Below are positions 58,001 through 64,000 of a stretch of 64,000 bases of DNA, one piece after another. Source of the DNA: Candidatus Latescibacterota bacterium (GTDB lineage Bacteria > Latescibacterota > UBA2968 > UBA8231); assembly GCA_965242865.1 (NCBI GenBank), contig CBDETK010000013.1, forward strand, positions 5,312,001 through 5,376,000, in the 5' to 3' direction. A model generated the notes under the pieces. The model had not been told where the DNA came from, did not search any database, and saw only the letters and a program-made list of their open reading frames with translations. A program made the translations under genes and the position numbers. The first letter of the stretch is position 1. The number at the start of each line of letters is the position of its first letter.

Positions 58001-58895
58001 CGACGACCCGGACTGCGCCCGCGAAGAGTACGAGGCCCTCGGCGACCGCCAAGACCCGGGCCTGAACTTCCACTTGGCGCACCCAGTCGCTCCCACAATA
58101 AGGGGCAAGGCGCGGCCCCGCGTGGCCGTGCTGCGAGAGCAGGGCATCAACGGCCAAGTGGAAATGGCCGCCGCTTTTGACGCGGCCGCCTGCGAGGCGT
58201 TGGACGTGACCATGACCGACTTGTTGGCCGGCCGCGCCGAGTTGAGTGGGTTCCACGGGCTGGCGGTCTGCGGCGGCTTCAGCTACGGCGACGTGCTGGG
58301 GGCCGGGGCTGGCTGGGCGCGTTCGATCCTCTTCCACGACCGCCTGCGTGCTCAATTTGCCGCCTTCTTCGCGCGGCCAGATACCTTTTCCTTGGGCGTG
58401 TGCAATGGCTGCCAGATGCTGTCGCATCTCAAGGAGCTGATCCCGGGCGCGGCCAACTGGCCGCAATTTGGCCCCAACCGCTCCGAGCAGTTTGAGGCGC
58501 GGCTCGCGACCGTGGAGGTGCTGGAGAGCCGGTCCGTGCTCTTGCGCGGCATGGAAGGGTCGCGCCTGCCCATTGCGGTGGCCCACGGCGAGGGCCGCGC
58601 CCAATTTGCCGATGAGCAAGCACGAGCACGAGCGCGGCGACAACATCAACTCTGCCTGCGCTACGTGGATAACTACGGCCGCCCGGCCGAGCGCTATCCG
58701 TCCAATCCAAATGGCTCGCCCGAAGGACTGACCGCCTTCACCAGCGCCGACGGCCGCGCTACCATTATGATGCCGCATCCCGAGCGCGTCTTCCGCAATG
58801 TGCAGCTGTCTTGGCGGCCGGCCGAGTGGACCGGCGAAGAAGGCCCGTGGCTCAAGCTCTTCCAAAACGCCCGCGACTTTGCCGATGCGAGCTGA
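55062..58895 (+). CDS. purL: Phosphoribosylformylglycinamidine synthase, large fused type
   Basis: [22 protein letters not shown], glutaminase GVCNGCQM and MMPHPER. Confidence 0.97.
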   Translation: MLLAFVGPPALSSLRRRSLLARCQRAAPEIEELRATYFYAVQCTRALADDERARLMRLLNVHAALPAPAPHEVAIGPRPGTTSPWSSKATDILKNCGLEFVRRVERGTRYAFAGDTVPSAVLPLLYDRMTEAPLASLASLFRRVEPTPLTYIPVRAEGRRALVAANRAMGLALSDEEIDYALHAFADRDPTDVELMMFAVVNSEHCRHKIFNADWIINGQCQAHSLFDMIRHTHTAHPQGTVKAYSDNAGVIEGFAVPVFGPDEGFRYGYRRRQTHVLIKVETHNHPTAIAPYPGASTGVGGEIRDEGAAGTGGWSQAGLCAFFTSHLRLPQFAQPWEKKCAAFPDRLASPLAIMTEGPVGGAAFGNEFGRPNILGVFRTLEDDSTGAWRGYHKPIMVAGGVGLIDAAHVQKKTPAAGDCVIQLGGPAMLIGLGGGAASSMDTGANREDLDFASVQRDNPEMQRRCQELISRCIALGAENPIVSIHDVGAGGLSNACPELVADVGAHFDLRAIHNDDPGMSPMQIWSNEAQERYVLVVGRANLARFAELAARERCLFAVIGEVTGDGTLSLEDSLLGGKPIDDLDLAVILGKPPKMLRRVTRSQPVLPPLALATPSIAEAAERVLRFPAVAAKTFLIAIADRTVTGLVARDPMVGPHQVPVADLALTCHSFQGTTGSAMAMGERTPLALVDAPASGRMAIAEAITNIAAASIGSIHRIKLSGNWMCACGEEGEDAALYDAVRAVGLEFCPALGVSIPVGKDSLSMRAVWEDAEGTAHKVVAPLSLVASAFAPVKDVRRHATPALKRGDTRLLLADLGRGQNRLGGSCLAQAYNQIGREVPDVAAREVRALYEAVQTLLDQQLVLAYHDRSDGGLFAAVAEMAFAGRCGVELEIAALGRDPLAALFCEEVGVVIQYRAEDESAVHQAFADQGIADWVHDVGRPVDALHLRVCSGGELVYAAPLLDLQAAWAELTYRMQAHRDDPDCAREEYEALGDRQDPGLNFHLAHPVAPTIRGKARPRVAVLREQGINGQVEMAAAFDAAACEALDVTMTDLLAGRAELSGFHGLAVCGGFSYGDVLGAGAGWARSILFHDRLRAQFAAFFARPDTFSLGVCNGCQMLSHLKELIPGAANWPQFGPNRSEQFEARLATVEVLESRSVLLRGMEGSRLPIAVAHGEGRAQFADEQARARARRQHQLCLRYVDNYGRPAERYPSNPNGSPEGLTAFTSADGRATIMMPHPERVFRNVQLSWRPAEWTGEEGPWLKLFQNARDFADAS

Positions 58896-59061
58896 TTAGC
58901 AAAGGAGTTCGTCGATAACGCCACCGACGATCCTGAGCTGATTCTGGAGTATCCGCCGGGCAATCCGGTGCGTCCCTACCGCTAATCCTTGACGCCTGCT
59001 CTGCTCACGGACAAACTATACCCCCACGCAGCTTCCACCTCAGCCCACGCTAGGAGCGTCC

Positions 59062-60045
59062 ATGACCGAACCCATCCGCTGGGGGATCCTCGGCCCGGGC
59101 AGCATCGCCCACAAATTCGCCGTCGGCCTCCAAGCCATTCCCGAAGGCGCGCTAGTCGCCGTTGGCTCGCGCGACCCGCAGCGCGCCGACGCCTTTGCCG
59201 ACCAGTACGGTGCCCCCAACCGCCACGCCTCGTACGAGGCCCTCAGCGCCGACCCGGACATCGACGCGGTGTACGTGGCCACCCCCCATCCCTTCCACAA
59301 GGACCATTCGATCCTCGGCCTCCAAGCCGGCAAGGCCGTGCTGTGCGAGAAGCCGTTTACCATCAACGCGGCCGAAGCCGAAGCCGTGGTCGCCTGTGCC
59401 CGCGCCCACGGAGTCTTTCTGATGGAGGCCATCTGGACCCGCTACCTACCCATTATGGCCCAAGTGCGCCAGTGGCTCGCGGCCGGGGCGATCGGCGAGC
59501 CGCTCATGGTCAGCACCGACTTTGGTTTTCGCGCCGGCGTCAATCCCAGCGGCCGACTCTTCAACCCCGCTTTGGGCGGCGGCGCCTTGCTCGACATCGG
59601 CATCTACGTCGTCTCCTTTGCGGCCATGGTCCTCGGGGCGCAACCCGCCCAAGTCGCCGCGGCCGCGCACCTCGGCGAAACCGGCGTTGACGAGCGGACC
59701 GGCATCGTGCTCCGCTATGACGGCGGTGCCATCGCCAACCTCTCCTGCGCCATCCGCGCTACGACCCCACACGAGGCCCGCATCGTCGGCAGCGAGGGGA
59801 CGATTGCCATTGACCCTTCGTGGTGGAGGGGCGAAAGCGCGACGCTCAGAACCGAGGGCCGCACCGAGCACATCCGGTTGCCCCTGACGGGCAATGGCTA
59901 CAACTACGAGGCACTCGAAGTCGCCCGCTGTCTCGGCGAAGGGCGGACCGAGAGCGCGGTCATGCCGCTCGACGAAACCGTGGCCCTGATGCGAATCCTC
60001 GACGAAGTCCGCGCCCAAATCGGCCTAAAATACCCCACCGAATGA
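59062..60045 (+). CDS. Gfo/Idh/MocA family oxidoreductase
   Basis: RWGILGPGSIA, ATPHPFH, CEKP, GGGALLDIGIY. Confidence 0.9.
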   Translation: MTEPIRWGILGPGSIAHKFAVGLQAIPEGALVAVGSRDPQRADAFADQYGAPNRHASYEALSADPDIDAVYVATPHPFHKDHSILGLQAGKAVLCEKPFTINAAEAEAVVACARAHGVFLMEAIWTRYLPIMAQVRQWLAAGAIGEPLMVSTDFGFRAGVNPSGRLFNPALGGGALLDIGIYVVSFAAMVLGAQPAQVAAAAHLGETGVDERTGIVLRYDGGAIANLSCAIRATTPHEARIVGSEGTIAIDPSWWRGESATLRTEGRTEHIRLPLTGNGYNYEALEVARCLGEGRTESAVMPLDETVALMRILDEVRAQIGLKYPTE

Positions 60046-60058
60046 AAGGAACGCACTC

Positions 60059-61027
60059 GTGCAATACGGCACCGTATCTGGCAGCGAAAAAAAAATTTCG
60101 CGCTTAGTTCAAGGCTGCATCATGCTCACTCGCAGCCGCAAGGAAGAGGGCTTTGCCCTGCTCGACGCGGCCCGGCAGGCCGGCATCACGGCCTACGACA
60201 CGGCCCACGGCTATGGCGGCGGCGAAGTCGATCGCACGCTCGGGCTGTGGATGGAGGAAAGGGGCAACCGCGCTGAAGTCGTCATCCTCGGCAAGGGCGC
60301 CCATTTCAACCAAGACCGCAATCGCGTCACCCCGCACGACATAGCTTCGGATCTGGCCGACTCGCTGGCGCGCCTGCGCTCGGACTATATCGACCTCTAC
60401 CTGCTGCACCGCGACGATCCGACGGTCCCGGTCGGCCCCATCGTCGAGGCGCTCAACGAGCATCGCGCGGCCGGCCGCATCCACGCCTTTGGCGGCTCGA
60501 ATTGGACGCCGGAACGCTTGGCCGAGGCCAACGAATACGCGGACCGCGGCGGGCTCGTGCCCTTTGTGGCCTCCAGCCCAAACTTCAGCTTGGCCGAGCA
60601 GCTCGCCGAGCCGTGGAAGGATTGCCTGTCGATTGCCGGCCCAAGCCAAGCCGCCGCCCGCGCGTGGTACGCGGAGTGCGACATGCCGCTCTTTACTTGG
60701 TCGAGCGTGGGCCGCGGCTTCTTCTCGGGCAAAATCACCCGCGCCAACGCCGAGCAAGTCCGCGACCAATTCGACGGGTCCATGGCCAAGTCCTACTACG
60801 GCGAAGCCAACTTCGAGCGACTCGACCGAGCGTGGACGCTGGCTCAAGAAAAGGGGCTGTCCGTGCCGCAGATCGCCTTGTCGTACGTGCTCAGCTACCC
60901 GCTCAACATCTACGCGCTGGTCCGCAGCATGAGCAGCGCTGAGCTCGCGGCCAACGAGCAAGCCCTCGACAACCCGCTCACCGAGGCCGAGATGGCGTGG
61001 CTGGATTTGCGGCGGGAGGAGCACTAA
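60059..61027 (+). CDS. Aldo/keto reductase
   Basis: DTAHGYG, SLARLRSDYIDLYLLH, GGSNW. Confidence 0.9.
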   Translation: MQYGTVSGSEKKISRLVQGCIMLTRSRKEEGFALLDAARQAGITAYDTAHGYGGGEVDRTLGLWMEERGNRAEVVILGKGAHFNQDRNRVTPHDIASDLADSLARLRSDYIDLYLLHRDDPTVPVGPIVEALNEHRAAGRIHAFGGSNWTPERLAEANEYADRGGLVPFVASSPNFSLAEQLAEPWKDCLSIAGPSQAAARAWYAECDMPLFTWSSVGRGFFSGKITRANAEQVRDQFDGSMAKSYYGEANFERLDRAWTLAQEKGLSVPQIALSYVLSYPLNIYALVRSMSSAELAANEQALDNPLTEAEMAWLDLRREEH

Positions 61028-62488
61028 ATGCCTAAGCGTCCCAACATCGTCGTCCTGATGTCCGACCAGCAGCGGCTCGACACGGTGAGCTGCTACGGGC
61101 AAAACGAGGTCTGCCAGACGCCCCACATCGACGCATTGGCCGCACGCGGCGTCCGCTTTGACTCGGCCTTCACGCCGACCGCGATCTGCTCGCCGGCCCG
61201 CGCCTCCTTTTACACGGGCCTCTACCCGCACAAGCACGGCGTAACCGCCAACGGCCGGTGCCTGCGCGAGGGGGTGCGCGGGTTAAATCACTATCTGGCC
61301 GAGGCCGGCTATCGCTGCGGATACGCCGGCAAGTGGCACGTGGATGAGCAGACCGGCCCAACCGGCTACGGGTTCGCCGGCCAAGACTTTATGGGCTATG
61401 CCTTTCCCGGGGCCGGCTTGCTCCCCGGCCTGCAATTCGGGGCCGCGCCGAGGGGGCACAACCCCTACGCCGATTACCTCGCGGAGCGCGGCTTTGACCC
61501 GCCGCCAACGGTCTCGCACCGCTTTGTCGGCACCAACCCCTCCAACCAAGCGCAGGAAATGTTCGCGCTGCACGAAGGGCCGGTCGAGTCGTGCATTGAG
61601 TACTTCGTCGCCGAAGAAGCCATCCGCGTCCTCGACGAAGTGGCCACCGCTGAACAGCCCTTTTTCCTGTGGGCCAACTTTTGGGGGCCGCACAGCCCCT
61701 CGCTGGTTCCAGAACCGTACTTTTCCATGTACGACCCACAGGCCATCCCCCAACACCCCGGGTACGCCGAGACCTTTGCGAAAAAGCCCTATCGCCAGCA
61801 GCTAATCGAACGGCTGTGGGGATTGGGCGATTACGGTTGGGCGGGCTTTCAGGAGATTGCCGCCCGCTACTTTGGGCATTGTACCTTGATCGACGACATG
61901 GTCGGGCGCGTGGTGGCGCACTTGGACCAGCTCGGCGTCCTCGACGACACCATAATCGTCTATACCTCGGATCACGGCGACTGCCTCGGCGCACACAAGC
62001 TGATCGAGAAGGGCGAGTTCATGTACGACGAGATCTACCGCATCCCGCTCGTCATCGCCCATCCCGCCTGCCAAGCCCCGGGCACGGCCTGCGACGAATT
62101 CGTCTATTTGCACGAAATCATGCTCTCGTCCCTCGACGCGGCCGGTCTCGATGTGCCCGCCGACCTCGACGGCGAGTCCTTCCTTCCGGCCATTGAGGGA
62201 CGCCCGTTTGCGAACGGCCGCGAGGAAGTGTATTGCGTGTTCGACCGCCATTTTACGGTCGCCAACCAGCGCATGGTCCGCACCCGCACCCATCAGTTCA
62301 CCTTTAATTCGGGCGATCCGGGCGAGCTGTACGACTTGCAACGCGACCCCTATCAGCTCGACAACGTGTATGGCGATCCCGCGTACGAGCCGGTGCGGCA
62401 GGACCTGCTGGGGCGGATGGACCGCTACATGGACGAATTGGGCGACCCATTGCGCGGGTGGTTTGGGCGGATTAAGGGCGCGTATTAA
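61028..62488 (+). CDS. Sulfatase (Cys-type formylglycine motif)
   Basis: RPNIV..SDQ, CSPARAS..TG, GKWH, SDHG. Confidence 0.92.
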   Translation: MPKRPNIVVLMSDQQRLDTVSCYGQNEVCQTPHIDALAARGVRFDSAFTPTAICSPARASFYTGLYPHKHGVTANGRCLREGVRGLNHYLAEAGYRCGYAGKWHVDEQTGPTGYGFAGQDFMGYAFPGAGLLPGLQFGAAPRGHNPYADYLAERGFDPPPTVSHRFVGTNPSNQAQEMFALHEGPVESCIEYFVAEEAIRVLDEVATAEQPFFLWANFWGPHSPSLVPEPYFSMYDPQAIPQHPGYAETFAKKPYRQQLIERLWGLGDYGWAGFQEIAARYFGHCTLIDDMVGRVVAHLDQLGVLDDTIIVYTSDHGDCLGAHKLIEKGEFMYDEIYRIPLVIAHPACQAPGTACDEFVYLHEIMLSSLDAAGLDVPADLDGESFLPAIEGRPFANGREEVYCVFDRHFTVANQRMVRTRTHQFTFNSGDPGELYDLQRDPYQLDNVYGDPAYEPVRQDLLGRMDRYMDELGDPLRGWFGRIKGAY

Positions 62489-62535
62489 ATTGCCAAGGAA
62501 ATCCCAAGCATCCTAGCATCCGTAGGAGGTGCCTC

Positions 62536-63816
62536 ATGGAAATGCTCGTGACCTTCGCCTTAGTTTTTGCGGTGTTGCTCGTCGTGGTGATCGTCATCGT
62601 CACGACGAATCTCTTTATCTGCCAGCCCAACGAAGTCATCATCTTCTCGGGCCGCAAACGCCAGACGGCCGACGGCCGCGCCGTGGGCTATCGCGTCATC
62701 AAGGGAGGCCGCGCCTTCCGCATCCCGCTCCTCGAAAAGGTCGATCGCCTCGACTTGCGCACGATTCCCCTCGAAGTATCCATTGCCAACGCGTACTCCA
62801 GAGGCGGAATCCCCCTGTCGGTGCAAGGCATCGCCAATATCAAGATCGCCGGCGACGAGCCTCTGCTCGGCAATGCGCTAGAGCGGTTCTTGGGCAAAGA
62901 GCTCACCCAAGTCCAAGACATTGCCAAGGACACCCTCGAAGGCAACCTGCGCGGCGTCCTCGCCACCCTGACCCCCGAAGAGGTCAACGAAGACCGCCTC
63001 AAATTTGCCCAATCGCTCATCGGCGAAGCGGACGTGGATCTGCAAAAGCTGGGCTTAGTGCTCGACACGCTCAAAATCCAAAACGTCTCCGACGAGGTGG
63101 GTTATCTCGACGCCATTGGCCGCAAGAGCACGGCCGCGGTCCTCAAGGAAGCCGAAATCGCCGAGGCCGAAAACCGCGCCGAATCACAGGAGCGATCCGC
63201 CGAAGCCCGCCGCCGCGGCGAGGTGGCCGACGCCGAAGCCCAAGTCCAGATCGTCGATGCCCAAAACCTGCTCCGAGTGCGCCAAGCCGAGTTGGAAGGC
63301 GAGGGGTCGGCGGCCGAGAAGCGCGCCGCGCAAGTTGCGCGCAAAGCCGAGGTCCAAGCCGAACAGGAGGTTGAGCAGGAGCGCTTGGCACTGCAAAAGC
63401 GGCGGCTAGAGATCGAGGTCATTGAGCCGGCCCGCGCCGACCGCGACGCGGCCGAATTGCGCGCCAAGGGCGAGGCGGCCAACATCCGCGAAAACGGCCT
63501 CGCCGAGATCGAGGTCCTCAAGCAGAAAAACGAGGTCTGGACCATCGCGGGTCCCAATGGCAAGGAACTGTTGCTGATTCAGATGCTGCCGAACTTGGTC
63601 GAGCAAATCGCCGCCATGGCCAAGGACATCCAAATTGACCACCTCGCCGTCGTGGATTCCGGCACCGGCGGTCAGAGTGGGTTGCCAGCGGTCGTCAGCC
63701 AACTCGGCGCGCTGGCGCCGGCGCTCTTCGCCAGCATCAAGGCCACCACTGGCGTCGATTTGGCCGCTGTCATCGGCGACGCGGCCGACGGCCCAGTCCC
63801 AGCGCAGGAAGCGTAG
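62536..63816 (+). CDS. Flotillin/SPFH domain protein
   Basis: N-terminal transmembrane helix, LEGNLRGVLATLTPEE, AE-rich coiled coil. Confidence 0.9.
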   Translation: MEMLVTFALVFAVLLVVVIVIVTTNLFICQPNEVIIFSGRKRQTADGRAVGYRVIKGGRAFRIPLLEKVDRLDLRTIPLEVSIANAYSRGGIPLSVQGIANIKIAGDEPLLGNALERFLGKELTQVQDIAKDTLEGNLRGVLATLTPEEVNEDRLKFAQSLIGEADVDLQKLGLVLDTLKIQNVSDEVGYLDAIGRKSTAAVLKEAEIAEAENRAESQERSAEARRRGEVADAEAQVQIVDAQNLLRVRQAELEGEGSAAEKRAAQVARKAEVQAEQEVEQERLALQKRRLEIEVIEPARADRDAAELRAKGEAANIRENGLAEIEVLKQKNEVWTIAGPNGKELLLIQMLPNLVEQIAAMAKDIQIDHLAVVDSGTGGQSGLPAVVSQLGALAPALFASIKATTGVDLAAVIGDAADGPVPAQEA

Positions 63817-63817
63817 C

Positions 63818-64000
63818 GTGGATTTCTTTTATCTGTACTTGAGCGGCTTGCTCGTCGGGGGGATCGCCGTTGGGGCCTCGCTGCTGGGCGGCGATGGCGA
63901 TGGCGTGGGCGACGGCCTGCGGGCACTGGCCATTTTGCGGCTGCGGCTGCTGTTCTTTTTTGCCTTCTTCTTCGGGCTGGCCGGGGTGCTCGGCAGCCTG
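63818..64000 (+). CDS. Membrane protein, probably the NfeD/YuaF-like partner of flotillin (partial)
   Basis: GTG 1 nt after the flotillin stop; hydrophobic VDFFYLYLSGLLVGG..GGDGDG..FFFGLAG, open to the window edge. Confidence 0.6.
   Translation, partial: MDFFYLYLSGLLVGGIAVGASLLGGDGDGVGDGLRALAILRLRLLFFFAFFFGLAGVLGSL

Overview
GC-rich bacterial chromosomal window. FlgD-type C-terminal domains, a C-terminal SWGxVK motif, tandem DUF6785-like membrane proteins and repeated AAA/PD-(D/E)XK genes resemble Ca. Latescibacterota or Poribacteria-type genomes; this lineage call is inference only. Housekeeping and catabolic genes (ggt, two sugar ABC clusters, oxidoreductases, sucA-sucB-lpdA, purL, sulfatase, flotillin) are interleaved with defence or selfish genes: two putative type II R-M pairs, an OLD-like ATPase-TOPRIM gene, a MITE-interrupted nucleotidyltransferase, two AAA-nuclease paralogs and a toxin-antitoxin pair. 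The best candidate for an undescribed system is the ~16 kb co-oriented cluster at 22244-38626. It encodes four paralogous secreted proteins with discoidin-like domains and FlgD/TPNGD C-termini all ending in Tyr, a CBM9-like protein with its own promoter and terminator, an Asp/Asn-rich probable outer-membrane barrel and three lipoproteins (unknown, PPIase, TPR). Other notable items are a collapsed sigma-54 locus (2488-4940), an adjacent propeller pseudogene (5207-6206), an orphan antisense sigma-54 promoter between sucB and lpdA, and several small repeat or MITE families. No rRNA, tRNA or CRISPR array was recognised. Family assignments come from motif recognition by eye; no searches were run.
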